Part shown: piece after piece, positions 9,861 to 18,685 of the stretch
How the letters are laid out: each line of letters starts with the position of its first letter
Numbering within the stretch: the first letter of the stretch is position 1
Origin: an uncultured Opitutales bacterium
Lineage (GTDB): Bacteria; Verrucomicrobiota; Verrucomicrobiia; Opitutales; Intestinicryptomonadaceae
Direction of reading: 5' to 3'
NCBI GenBank assembly: GCA_934660865.1
Contig: CAKUIA010000010.1
Location: 60,001-92,000 of the forward strand
DNA length: 32,000 nucleotides
Notes under the pieces: model-generated
Seen by the model: the letters and a program-made list of their open reading frames with translations, nothing else
What the model was told of the DNA's origin: nothing
The model's database searches: none
Translations under genes and position numbers: made by a program

Positions 9861-11204
9861 ATGGATAGTCCTGTAAACAGCGTGTTCGACTTTGGCGAAA
9901 ATTCCGAAAGCAAAGGGCGCCCCGTATTGCAAAGCGCGCCCCTTGCGGTAAGAATGCGTCCGCGCAATTTGTCGGAGGTTGCGGGCCATAAAAACATTTT
10001 GGGCGACGACTGCCTTTTGCCGAGGCTGATTAAAAGCGACACATTCGGCTCGATAATATTCTACGGCCCCCCCGGCTGCGGCAAAACAACGCTTGCCAAC
10101 GTTATTGCGCAAACTACAAAAAGCAGGTTTGTTAAGATAAACGCGGTGCTTTCGAACGTAGCCCAGCTTAGGGATGAGCTTAAAATGGCAAGGCTGCACG
10201 GCTCCGAAAAGACCATTTTGTTTATAGACGAAATACACCGTTTCAACAAATCGCAGCAAGACCTTCTTTTGCCGGATGTAGAAGACGGCAACATAAGGCT
10301 TATAGGGGCAACAACGCACAACCCCGGCTTTTTTATAAACGCGCCGCTGCTTTCGCGCAGCCACCTTTTTAAGCTTGAACCGCTTTCGGTTGGCGACGTT
10401 GTTTTGGTTTTAAACAGGGCGCTAAACGACACCGAAAGGGGCCTGGGCAACTACAAGTGCACTTTTGCAAAAGACGCAATGACATCGCTTGCAAACATAT
10501 GCGACGGCGATTTAAGGCGCGCCCTAAACGCCCTGGAAACCATTGTGTTGGCAAAGGGCGCAAACAAAACTATAGACGAAGCCGACATTAAGGCATTTGC
10601 CAAAGAGCGCCAAATACGCTACGACGCCGACGAAGACGAGCACTACGACACAATAAGCGCCTTCATAAAAAGCATGCGCGGCAGCGACCCGGATGCAGCC
10701 TTGTATTGGCTTGCAAAAATGCTAAAGGGCGGCGAAGACCCTCGCTTTATAGCCAGAAGAATGGTGATTTTTGCCTCCGAAGACATAGGCTTGGCGGATT
10801 CGCGCGCGCTTTTGCTTGCAAACGCCGCCTTCGACGCCTGCGAAAGGGTGGGCCTGCCCGAATGCGAGCTTAATTTGGCGCATGTTGTCATCTTTTTGGC
10901 AACAGCCCCCAAAAGCAACAGCGCAACCGAGGCGATTTTTGCCGCAAAAGAGGAGGTGCAAAACAAGCCCGTTCAAAAAGTGCCCGTATATTTAAGGGAT
11001 TCGCACACGGCGTTCAACCGCAACTTGGGCAACGGAGCCGAATATATCTACCCGCACATGTGCAAAAACCACATTAGCGGGCAGGACTACACCGAAAAGC
11101 CCGTGCATTTTTACAACCCCAAACCTTACGGCGCCGAAAGACAGATTGCCGAACGGCTTGACAACTACAAAAAAATCAAGGAGAATTTGCGCAATGAGAA
11201 ATGA
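9861..11204 (+). CDS. rarA: Replication-associated recombination protein A (AAA+ ATPase RarA/MgsA)
   Basis: It has the Walker A motif GPPGCGKTTLA, Walker B motif ILFIDEIHRFNK and GATTHNP. The C-terminal MgsA domain is present (HYDTISAFIKSMRGSDPDAALYWLAKML, GEDPRFIARRM, IGLADS). Confidence 0.95.
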   Translation: MDSPVNSVFDFGENSESKGRPVLQSAPLAVRMRPRNLSEVAGHKNILGDDCLLPRLIKSDTFGSIIFYGPPGCGKTTLANVIAQTTKSRFVKINAVLSNVAQLRDELKMARLHGSEKTILFIDEIHRFNKSQQDLLLPDVEDGNIRLIGATTHNPGFFINAPLLSRSHLFKLEPLSVGDVVLVLNRALNDTERGLGNYKCTFAKDAMTSLANICDGDLRRALNALETIVLAKGANKTIDEADIKAFAKERQIRYDADEDEHYDTISAFIKSMRGSDPDAALYWLAKMLKGGEDPRFIARRMVIFASEDIGLADSRALLLANAAFDACERVGLPECELNLAHVVIFLATAPKSNSATEAIFAAKEEVQNKPVQKVPVYLRDSHTAFNRNLGNGAEYIYPHMCKNHISGQDYTEKPVHFYNPKPYGAERQIAERLDNYKKIKENLRNEK

Positions 11205-11658
11205 TATGCAAGACCCTAAAGACGATTTTACCCGTTTTGTGATAACAAGGCGCATAGAACTGCATTTTTGGAAGAATTGCGCCATTATAGGTTTCGGCAT
11301 TTTGGCGGCAAGCTACATTTCGGGCGGGGCGGTAAGCTTTGCAAACATATTTTCGTATGCGGCGCTGGTTGTGGCGGTTTGGCTTTTCAATTTTATAATA
11401 CGCCCCGTGCTGGTGGTGTTTACATTGCCTTTTATAGTGCTTACTTTCGGGGTGGGCATGCTGTTTATAAACGCCCTTGTTATATGGATAGCGGCGGGGG
11501 TAATACCGGGCATAAAATTTACATCGTATTTTTGGGCGCTGCTTGCCGCCTTTATAACCGACGCCGTTTTTTGGCTGGTTGCAATGTTCGAATCGGAACG
11601 CACATTGCGCAGGGGCAAAAAACGCCGCAATAATGGCGACGATACAATAGACATTTAA
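11194..11658 (+). CDS. Small integral membrane protein, PF04020-like (phage holin family 4 / YvlD-like)
   Basis: It has four predicted TM helices with IIRPVLVVFTLPFIVLTFGVGMLFINALVIW and a basic C-terminal tail. AAGGAG lies about 10 nt upstream of the ATG at 11194, and the gene overlaps the rarA stop by 11 nt. An alternative ATG is at 11206. Confidence 0.6.
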   Translation: MRNDMQDPKDDFTRFVITRRIELHFWKNCAIIGFGILAASYISGGAVSFANIFSYAALVVAVWLFNFIIRPVLVVFTLPFIVLTFGVGMLFINALVIWIAAGVIPGIKFTSYFWALLAAFITDAVFWLVAMFESERTLRRGKKRRNNGDDTIDI

Positions 11659-11664
11659 CCTGCA

Positions 11665-12297
11665 ATGGGCGGCTTTTTAAAGATTGCGTTTTTTGCGCTT
11701 TTTTCGGCATTGCTTGCCGCAAAGGCTGCGCTTTTTGCCAATTCGCCGTTTGTCTTCGATTTTGCGTTTACAAACGCCTACGGCGTTTTGTCGGCGTACG
11801 AGGGCAGGTGGCAGGGGCGCGAAACCCTGTGCATAATGCAAAAGCCCTTTATAAATTTCGAAACCGAAAACGCCTATGTGCGCAAAGACAAAAAAACTTT
11901 GGTGGGCCGCGGCGTTGTAAGCAGCAGGGGAATTCCCGTAAAAGTCTCTTCGGTAATGGAGGTTAAAGACGGACGCCTTACGCTGAAAATTAAATCGGGC
12001 AATTCCGACAAAACGGTGGAATATGCAGGGCAAATATCTTTCAACAAAGTACTTTGGTATAGACCCCAAAAAATATTTATGCTCGAATTTACCGAAGACG
12101 TATTTTTCAAAAAAGACGGTTTTGTTGTGGTAAGCAGCTACGGCGTTCACCCCTATATAACAAAAAACGGCGGCGGAGTTTACATAGAGTCGTATTCGCA
12201 AATATCGCGCAAAGACAATGCGGCTTTGCCCGCCGGCAAAAAAAGCGGCGAATTAAAAGAGCTTTCGCCCGCCGATTTGGGCGATTTAATGCTTTAG
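11665..12297 (+). CDS. Secreted hypothetical protein (predicted beta-rich, no family recognised)
   Basis: The ORF encodes 210 aa with signal peptide MGGFLKIAFFALFSALLAAKAALFA. It sits 6 nt after the preceding gene, and its codon usage looks like that of its neighbours. Confidence 0.5.
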   Translation: MGGFLKIAFFALFSALLAAKAALFANSPFVFDFAFTNAYGVLSAYEGRWQGRETLCIMQKPFINFETENAYVRKDKKTLVGRGVVSSRGIPVKVSSVMEVKDGRLTLKIKSGNSDKTVEYAGQISFNKVLWYRPQKIFMLEFTEDVFFKKDGFVVVSSYGVHPYITKNGGGVYIESYSQISRKDNAALPAGKKSGELKELSPADLGDLML

Positions 12298-12396
12298 CTT
12301 TGCCGGGCTTAATGCAAACGGTTTAACGCGGGCTTTGCCCTTCGCCGAAAAATAGTGTTGAAAAAATAAAATAAATATATTGGATATTACCGCAAT

Positions 12397-13419
12397 ATGG
12401 CAGTTCCAGTATCACAAGTTTTAACAGTAGCAAAATACGCGATATCAAACGCAATTAAGGGCAAAAAAAAGTACCCTTTGGTTATGATGATAGAGCCGCT
12501 TTTCCAGTGCAATTTAAAGTGCTCGGGCTGCGGTAAAATACAGTATGGTGTAGACGTTCTTAAAAAGAGAATGACCCCCGAAGAAGCCTGGGCTGCGGTG
12601 GAAGAATGCGGAGCGCCCATGGTTAGCATTGCGGGCGGCGAGCCCCTTTTGCACGACGAAATGCCCCGCATGGTAGAGGGCTTTATAAAGCGCGGCAAAT
12701 ATGTGTATTTGTGCACAAACGCGCAAATTTTGCTCCGCAAAATAGATTTGTACAAGCCCAGCAAATACCTTTCCTTTAGCGTTCACCTAGACGGTACAAA
12801 GGAAATGCACGACGGCAACGTAAACAAACCCGGCGCCTACGACATTGCAGTTGAAGGCATAAAGGAAGCCTTAAAGCGCGGCTTTAGGGTTACTACAAAC
12901 ACCACTATCTTCAACAACGCAAACCCCAACGACGTGCGCCGCTTTTTCGACGATATGACCGACTTGGGCGTTGAAGGCATGATGATTTCCCCCGGTTTCC
13001 CCTACGAAAAGGCGCCAAACCAAGACCAGTTTTTGGAAAGAAACAAAACAATTAAGCTGTTTAACGAAATTTTGTCGAAGCCCTCAAAGAAATGGGTGTT
13101 CAACCATTCGCCCAGCTTTTTGCAGTTCCTAAAGGGCAAACAGGTTTACGACTGCACTCCGTGGGGCAACCCCTGCTACTCGATATTCGGCTGGCAAAAA
13201 CCCTGCTACCTTATAAACGACGGCTACTGCAAAACCTATAAGGAATTGATGGACGCCATAGAGGGGTATTCTTTGGGCGTAAACGGCACGCAAAAGGAAT
13301 GCAAAGATTGCATGTTGCACTGCGGCTACGAACCGAGCGCGGTTTGCGACACATTCGGCAGTTTTGGCGGGTTGGTAAGGGCTGCGAAAAACTTCTTCGC
13401 TTTCAGAAAAGGCGAATAG
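12397..13419 (+). CDS. hpnH: Radical SAM enzyme of the HpnH (adenosylhopane synthase) family
   Basis: The radical SAM motif is CNLKCSGCGK. The protein is HpnH-like along its whole length (YPLVMMIEPLFQCN, ECGAPMVSIAGGEPLLH, YVYLCTNA, SVHLDGTKEMHD). The C-terminal DUF3463-type motifs are CTPWGNP, FGWQKPCYL and CKDCMLHCGYEPSAV. Confidence 0.8.
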   Translation: MAVPVSQVLTVAKYAISNAIKGKKKYPLVMMIEPLFQCNLKCSGCGKIQYGVDVLKKRMTPEEAWAAVEECGAPMVSIAGGEPLLHDEMPRMVEGFIKRGKYVYLCTNAQILLRKIDLYKPSKYLSFSVHLDGTKEMHDGNVNKPGAYDIAVEGIKEALKRGFRVTTNTTIFNNANPNDVRRFFDDMTDLGVEGMMISPGFPYEKAPNQDQFLERNKTIKLFNEILSKPSKKWVFNHSPSFLQFLKGKQVYDCTPWGNPCYSIFGWQKPCYLINDGYCKTYKELMDAIEGYSLGVNGTQKECKDCMLHCGYEPSAVCDTFGSFGGLVRAAKNFFAFRKGE

Positions 13420-13430
13420 CATAAAAAACA

Positions 13431-15503
13431 ATGATAGCTCCGAGCCAATCGGAAAGAATGGATTTGCCCAATACGAGCGAATCCATTTTTTGCAAGGGGG
13501 GCCTGCTTGAAAGCACGGCTTGTATGCGCCACCGCAGCCAGCAGGAGAATATGGCGTATTTTTGCGCCCAAAGTTTCGAAAGCGATTCTCCCCTTTTGTT
13601 CGAGGCGGGCACGGGTGTGGGCAAAACCCTTGCGTATTTGATAAACGCCGTAATTTTTGCCAAAAAGCACGGCCGCAAGCTTTATGTTTCCACCCACACA
13701 ATGGCGCTGCAAGAGCAGATTGTAAAAAAAGACCTGCCGTTTATAGAAAAGTTTTTTGCCCAAACGCCGGAATTGGCCGAATATGCCGACTTTAAATACA
13801 CCGTGCTATACGGCAGGCGCAACTACTTGTGCTCTACGCGTCTAAAAAAGGCGCTGGCCGAAAAGGGCGACTTGTTTATGCAAAGCGAAATATCGGAGCT
13901 AGAGCGCATTGCAAACTGGGCGTTGAAAACGAAAACGGGCTTAAGGGACGAGCTGGTTCCCCCGCCCGACGAAGAGGTTTGGAGCTGGGTAAATGCCGAA
14001 AGCGGTTTGTGCACGCCAAACGAGGGCGACGACTGCTTTTACCAGAACGCAAAAAAGCTGTTCGACAAGGCCGATGTTGTCGTTCTAAACCACAGCCTAG
14101 TGTTTTCGCTTATGGCGTCGGCGCAGTCGGCCGACAACTCCACAAAGGGCATACTTACCGCCGACGATTTTTTTGTTTTCGACGAAGCCCATTTGGTTGC
14201 AAAGGTTGCCGAGGAAATTTTCGGAATGGAACTTAGCGACTACGGCATTTTGCGCGAGCTTAAAAGAATTTACAACCCGCGAACAAAAAAGGGGCTGCTT
14301 AAAAAAATCAAGTATGCAACGCAGTACGACATAGATTCGGTTTTGCAGTGCATTTCGGCTGTGTCGGAATTTTTTGCGCAGGCTTCGGCAATGTACCTTA
14401 CGGGCAAAGACATTGCAAGGCTTGCCGCCGAAGAGTGGCTAAATTCCGGCATTTGCGAAGATTTAAAATCGCTAAAACAAAGGCTCGACGCATTGGCTTC
14501 GAAAGCCACGAGCCAGTCGCAAAAGGCCGACATAGACGACTGCGCAAGAAGGATATTTTCGATAGCCCTGTCGCTTGAAGACGCCCTTTATTTAAGCACG
14601 CCAAAGCAGGTTTATTGGCTTGAAACTTCGGGCAAAAACAAAGACTATACAAAAATCTGCTCGGCTCCGCTAAGCGTAGCAGGCATATTAAGGCAAAGGC
14701 TTTTTGCAAAGGGAACAAGCGTTGTAATGACATCGGCAACGCTGTCGCTAAACGGAAACGACTTAAACGACTTTGCCGATTCTGTCGGCGGCGAAATCGC
14801 ACAGCAGGGAATAGAAAAGTCGCCCTTTAACTACCGAAAAAACTGCAGGCTTTTGCTTTGCAAAGACGCCCCGAATATGGGCGACGACAAGAAGATGGAC
14901 GCGGGATTTTTGGCCGACGCAATAGGGCGCTTGATTTCGGCGAACAAATACGGGGGCACGCTTGTTTTGTTTACAAGCTATTACGAGCTTAACAAAACGC
15001 TTAAAATTTTAAGGGAAAAATTCCCCAAAAGGGAAATATTTGCGCAGGGCGAAATGTCGCCTAAAGAGGCATTGCAAAGCTTTAAAAATTCGGGCAACGG
15101 CGTGCTGCTTGGCACCGATGCCTTTTGGACGGGCGTAGACATTGCGGGCAACGCCCTTAACTTGCTTGTAATAACAAAGCTGCCGTTTGTTAACCCCGAC
15201 CACCCTTTGGCGGCGGCCAAATGCGAAATGCTTGAAAGCCTGGGCGAAAATCCCTTCCAAAAACTTTCGCTGCCCGAGGCCGTGATGAAGTTTAGGCAGG
15301 GCTTTGGCAGGCTTATACGCTCGGAAAGCGACAGGGGCGTTGCCGTTGTTTTGGATTCCAGAATTTTAAACAAGCCCTACGGCAAGAACTTTTTGTCGGC
15401 AATAGCGCCGAAAGATTGGGACGAATTTAACCTAAAAACGCTCGACGCAAAAATAAAAGACGCATTTTCGCAATTAGATTTTGACAAAACACCAACGCAA
15501 TAA
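13431..15503 (+). CDS. dinG: DinG/Rad3-family ATP-dependent DNA helicase
   Basis: Motif I is EAGTGVGKTLAYL and motif II is VFDEAHLV. The C-terminal helicase motifs are VLFTSY, WTGVDIAG and FRQGFGRLIRS. Only three Cys (NYLC, GLC, DDC) lie in the region where XPD/DinG proteins usually carry four Fe-S ligands. An alternative start is at M10 (13458). Confidence 0.85.
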   Translation: MIAPSQSERMDLPNTSESIFCKGGLLESTACMRHRSQQENMAYFCAQSFESDSPLLFEAGTGVGKTLAYLINAVIFAKKHGRKLYVSTHTMALQEQIVKKDLPFIEKFFAQTPELAEYADFKYTVLYGRRNYLCSTRLKKALAEKGDLFMQSEISELERIANWALKTKTGLRDELVPPPDEEVWSWVNAESGLCTPNEGDDCFYQNAKKLFDKADVVVLNHSLVFSLMASAQSADNSTKGILTADDFFVFDEAHLVAKVAEEIFGMELSDYGILRELKRIYNPRTKKGLLKKIKYATQYDIDSVLQCISAVSEFFAQASAMYLTGKDIARLAAEEWLNSGICEDLKSLKQRLDALASKATSQSQKADIDDCARRIFSIALSLEDALYLSTPKQVYWLETSGKNKDYTKICSAPLSVAGILRQRLFAKGTSVVMTSATLSLNGNDLNDFADSVGGEIAQQGIEKSPFNYRKNCRLLLCKDAPNMGDDKKMDAGFLADAIGRLISANKYGGTLVLFTSYYELNKTLKILREKFPKREIFAQGEMSPKEALQSFKNSGNGVLLGTDAFWTGVDIAGNALNLLVITKLPFVNPDHPLAAAKCEMLESLGENPFQKLSLPEAVMKFRQGFGRLIRSESDRGVAVVLDSRILNKPYGKNFLSAIAPKDWDEFNLKTLDAKIKDAFSQLDFDKTPTQ

Positions 15504-15518
15504 AAAATATACGCTACT

Positions 15519-15890
15519 ATGGATAAACTGGAAGAAATCTTTAAGGAACAGTACGAACTTAACAAGCGCATAGGCATAGACACCGCGAATATGACCGACG
15601 AAGAGCGCGTTAAGTGGGTTTTAAACTACAGCCGCGCCCTGCAGCAGGAATGTGCCGAGCTTATAGATTCGGTTCCGTGGAAGTGGTGGGCAAAATACCA
15701 GAAATTCGACGCGCAAAACGCCAAAGTTGAAGCCGTAGACATTCTGCACTTTTTGGTGTCTATAGCCCAAGTTTTGGGTATGTCGGCGCAGGACTTTTTC
15801 GACGCGTACACAAAGAAAAACTCGATAAACCACAAAAGGCAGGACAGCGGCTACAAAACTAAAGACGCTTCGGACTGCCGCGGCATATAA
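15519..15890 (+). CDS. Compact all-alpha dimeric-dUTPase-family nucleotide pyrophosphatase
   Basis: ECAELIDSVPWKWW, EAVDILHFLVSIA and KKNSINHKRQDSGY match the conserved blocks of Campylobacter/phage-type dimeric dUTPases as I recall them. At 123 aa it is much shorter than those enzymes. Confidence 0.65.
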   Translation: MDKLEEIFKEQYELNKRIGIDTANMTDEERVKWVLNYSRALQQECAELIDSVPWKWWAKYQKFDAQNAKVEAVDILHFLVSIAQVLGMSAQDFFDAYTKKNSINHKRQDSGYKTKDASDCRGI

Positions 15891-16797
15891 GTTTTAGCAC
15901 GATAATTCTGTGGTCGCTTGCGCCTTTTGTATCGCATACAAGGGCGCATTTTTGTGCGCTGTTTTCGGCGGCTTCGCTTAAAAGGAAAAAGTCGAACCTG
16001 CCGCGCTTTTTGCCGTTTTGCCAAGTCAGTGTATGGCTTTCGCCGTTGTCGTCGGCCTGCGGCAAAACAAAAAGGCGGGCCGTGTTTTTAAATTCGTCTA
16101 TACATGCGTCGTTCGGCTCGCTGTTAAAGTCGCCGCAAACAAGCAGCTTTTGCCGGGAAAACGCCGCAAGCTTTTTTGCGATTTGCGAGGCTTCGGCCTT
16201 TCTGAAAATCCCGCAATGTTTGTCGGTGTTTTTTGCCCTGCGCCTGCTTTTTAGGTGTGCGGTAAAAAGATAAAAGCCGCCGACTTTTACGCCAAGCAAA
16301 CCGCGCGGGCTTTTTGCGGGCTTGCCCATATACGCAAATTGCAGGTTGTCGAATTTAAATGTTTTTTCGAACGGCAGTTTAGAAACTACCGCCAAACAGC
16401 GCGCATTGTCGGCATTTTGCAGTATCTCGCAATAGGGGTAGTAAATGCCGGCGTTTTTTAGTCTGTCTAAAAATTCTCCGAAATTTTCGGCGCCCATTTC
16501 CTGCACAAACAAAATGTCGGGGTTTATTTGGCAAACGATTTGCGCAATGCGGCTTTTTTCGCTTTCCGTTTTAGGGTATTTTGGGGCGAATTTGCCGTCT
16601 ATAATTCTCGAAGCCGAAGAGTAGTTGCCCAAATTCCAGCTGGCTATTTTTATTTCGCTTGGCGTTTCCTGCAGGGCAAAATCGCCGGCGTTTGTTTTGC
16701 CCCGTTTGCCCGACTTTGCCGCGCAAAAAAACAGGGCGGCAGATAGCGCCGCCCATAAAAGCAACAAAATTGTAAACTTCAGATTTTTGACCGCCAT
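15859..16797 (-). CDS. Exported endonuclease/exonuclease/phosphatase (EEP) family protein
   Basis: It has an N-terminal hydrophobic signal or anchor. EEP motifs are IASWNLGNY, DILFVQEM, GDFNSEP and SDHRIIV. Its 3' end overlaps the convergent upstream gene by 32 nt. Confidence 0.75.
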   Translation of the reverse strand: MAVKNLKFTILLLLWAALSAALFFCAAKSGKRGKTNAGDFALQETPSEIKIASWNLGNYSSASRIIDGKFAPKYPKTESEKSRIAQIVCQINPDILFVQEMGAENFGEFLDRLKNAGIYYPYCEILQNADNARCLAVVSKLPFEKTFKFDNLQFAYMGKPAKSPRGLLGVKVGGFYLFTAHLKSRRRAKNTDKHCGIFRKAEASQIAKKLAAFSRQKLLVCGDFNSEPNDACIDEFKNTARLFVLPQADDNGESHTLTWQNGKKRGRFDFFLLSEAAENSAQKCALVCDTKGASDHRIIVLKLICRGSPKRL

Positions 16798-16803
16798 ATA
16801 AAA

Positions 16804-17403
16804 CTATTTGCGGTCTGCAAGGGCGATTTTTTCGACGTACTTTGCCAGTATGTCGAATTCGAGGTTTACGATGTCGCCCGCCTTTTTTTGCGAAAGGTTT
16901 GTTGCCTGCAATGTGTGCGGGATAATCCAAACCGCAAGGGCGGGGCCGTCAACTTCGGCTATTGTAAGCGAAATGCCGTCTATGGTTATAGAGCCTTTGT
17001 AGACGGCCCACTTGCCGAAGTTTTCGGTAAAGGAAACTTTTAAATAATAGTTTTTGCCCCTTTGTTCGAAAACCTCTATCTTGCCGCGCGTGTCTACATG
17101 CCCGCTTACAAAATGCCCGCCCAAGCGCGCGTTTGCAGCCAGGGGGCGCTCTACGTTGACAAGGTCGCCCCTTTTTACGAACTCGAAAGACGTAAGCCTT
17201 AGGCTTTCCTGCAAAAGCTCGAAATCGGCAAGGTTGCCGTTTTTCGACACAACCGTAAGGCAGCACCCGTTGCACGCCAAAGAGTCGCCGATTTTCAGAT
17301 CGCTTGCAACGTTTTCGGGGATTTCCAAACGCAGCAAATAGGCGTTCTTTTGCTCGCAAAATTCTGCAACTTTTGCCGTGCCTTCAACTAAACCCGTAAA
17401 CAT
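16804..17403 (-). CDS. ribE: Riboflavin synthase (alpha chain)
   Basis: Motifs seen are MFTGLVEGTAKV, GDSLACNGCCLTV, and the duplicated lumazine-binding repeat GSITIDGISLTIA with HTL..TNL. The length is 199 aa. Confidence 0.9.
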   Translation of the reverse strand: MFTGLVEGTAKVAEFCEQKNAYLLRLEIPENVASDLKIGDSLACNGCCLTVVSKNGNLADFELLQESLRLTSFEFVKRGDLVNVERPLAANARLGGHFVSGHVDTRGKIEVFEQRGKNYYLKVSFTENFGKWAVYKGSITIDGISLTIAEVDGPALAVWIIPHTLQATNLSQKKAGDIVNLEFDILAKYVEKIALADRK

Positions 17404-17404
17404 A

Positions 17405-18685
17405 CTAGCACTTCTTTAAAGCTTGTTCAAAATCGGCGATTATGTCGGCGGGGTTTTCTATGCCTACCGAAACTCTTATCAATTCGGGCAAAATGCCCGT
17501 CTTGGCCTTTTCCTCGTCGCTAAGCTGCCTGTGCGTTGTGCTTGCGGGGTGCAGCACGCATGTTCTTGCGTCTGCAACGTGTATAACCTGGGCCGCCAAT
17601 TTAAGCGAATCCATAAACTTTACGGCTTTCTTTAAGCCGCCTTTTATGCCGAATGTGAATACGCCGCTGCATTGTCCGTTTAGATATTTTTTTGCCATTG
17701 CATTATACGGCGAGCTTTTCAGCCCCGGGTAGTTTATCCACGCAACTTTTTTGTGCTTTTCCAAAAAGCTTGCCAAAGCCAGCGCGTTAGACGAATGTTT
17801 TGCCATTCTAAGGGGCAAAGTTTCCAGATTCATATTGGTAAGCCACGCGTTCATGGGCGACATAACAGCCCCCGTGTCTCTTAAAACGTGGGTGCGCGCC
17901 TTTGTTAGAAAGGCGAATTTGCCGAAGGCCTTTGTGTATACCAGGCCGTGGTACGATTCGTCGGGCTCGCTTAGCCCCTTAAACTTGCCGTTGGCAAAGT
18001 TGTAGTCGCCCTTGTCTACAATAATGCCGCCCGTGCTGCATGCGTGCCCGTCGGAATATTTTGTAAGGCTGTGCAGCACAATGTTCGCTCCAAATTCGAA
18101 GGGTCTGCACAAGGCGGGAGTGGGGAATGTGTTGTCTATAGCCAAAGGCAAGTCGGCCTTTTTTGCAATGCGCGCAAATTTTTCTATGTCCAAAACCTTA
18201 ACGCTTGGGTTCGACAATGTTTCGCCGAATATAAGCTTTGTGTTGGGGCGTATGGCCTTTAATATTTCCCTTTCGGGGGCTTCCTGGTCTACAAAAGTAA
18301 CTTCTATGCCTAGCTTTTTCATTGTATGGCCCAATAGGTTGAATGTGCCGCCGTATATGGTGCCAGCGCTTACAATGTGGTCGCCAGCCTCGCATAGGTT
18401 CATTACCAAAGCGGTAGACGCCGCCTGGCCGCTCGAAAACGCAATGGCGCCAATGCCGCCTTCCAGGGCGGCCATTTTCTTTTCGAGAATTTCGGTTGTC
18501 GGATTGCTTAGGCGCGTATAAAAGTGCCCCGCAACTTTCAGGTCGAACAAATCGGCAAGGCTTTGAGCCGAGTCGTATTTAAATGTTGTGCTCATTGCAA
18601 TGGGCGCAACTCTCGGTTCGCCGTTTTTGGGTTCGTAGCCTGCCTGAACGGCTATTGTGTCGAGTTTTAATTCGTTCTTTTTCAT
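17405..18685 (-). CDS. metY: O-acetylhomoserine/O-acetylserine sulfhydrylase (PLP-dependent, Cys/Met metabolism family)
   Basis: Motifs seen are YTRLSNPT, FSSGQAA, the PLP-lysine context HSLTKYSDGH, and PASTTHRQL plus IRVSVGIE at the C-terminus. The length is 426 aa. Confidence 0.9.
   Translation of the reverse strand: MKKNELKLDTIAVQAGYEPKNGEPRVAPIAMSTTFKYDSAQSLADLFDLKVAGHFYTRLSNPTTEILEKKMAALEGGIGAIAFSSGQAASTALVMNLCEAGDHIVSAGTIYGGTFNLLGHTMKKLGIEVTFVDQEAPEREILKAIRPNTKLIFGETLSNPSVKVLDIEKFARIAKKADLPLAIDNTFPTPALCRPFEFGANIVLHSLTKYSDGHACSTGGIIVDKGDYNFANGKFKGLSEPDESYHGLVYTKAFGKFAFLTKARTHVLRDTGAVMSPMNAWLTNMNLETLPLRMAKHSSNALALASFLEKHKKVAWINYPGLKSSPYNAMAKKYLNGQCSGVFTFGIKGGLKKAVKFMDSLKLAAQVIHVADARTCVLHPASTTHRQLSDEEKAKTGILPELIRVSVGIENPADIIADFEQALKKC

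Noticed and set aside
9789-10364. The ORF track gives a 453-aa ORF (9003..10364, minus strand) that extends thiD upstream by 192 codons.
   Set aside because: The extension lies antisense to the well-supported rarA gene. It has an implausible composition rich in Arg, Lys, Cys and Phe. ThiD homology begins exactly at the internal ATG at 9788.
13431-16797. DinG helicase, a dUTPase-like protein and an EEP nuclease-like protein read together as a phage-defence island.
   Set aside because: - DinG has the ordinary housekeeping architecture and size.
- The EEP protein is exported and belongs to the convergent housekeeping operon.
- There are no flanking mobile-element genes, tRNA, repeats or an obvious compositional shift.
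- I kept only the hpnH linkage as a low-key finding.
18012-18521. A 169-aa plus-strand ORF lies inside metY. Similar antisense ORFs occur at 8956..9498, 13129..13701, 1186..1656, 4037..4591 and 25213..25770.
   Set aside because: Each lies fully inside a strongly supported gene on the other strand and has an odd composition. I regard them as shadow ORFs of a mid-GC genome.
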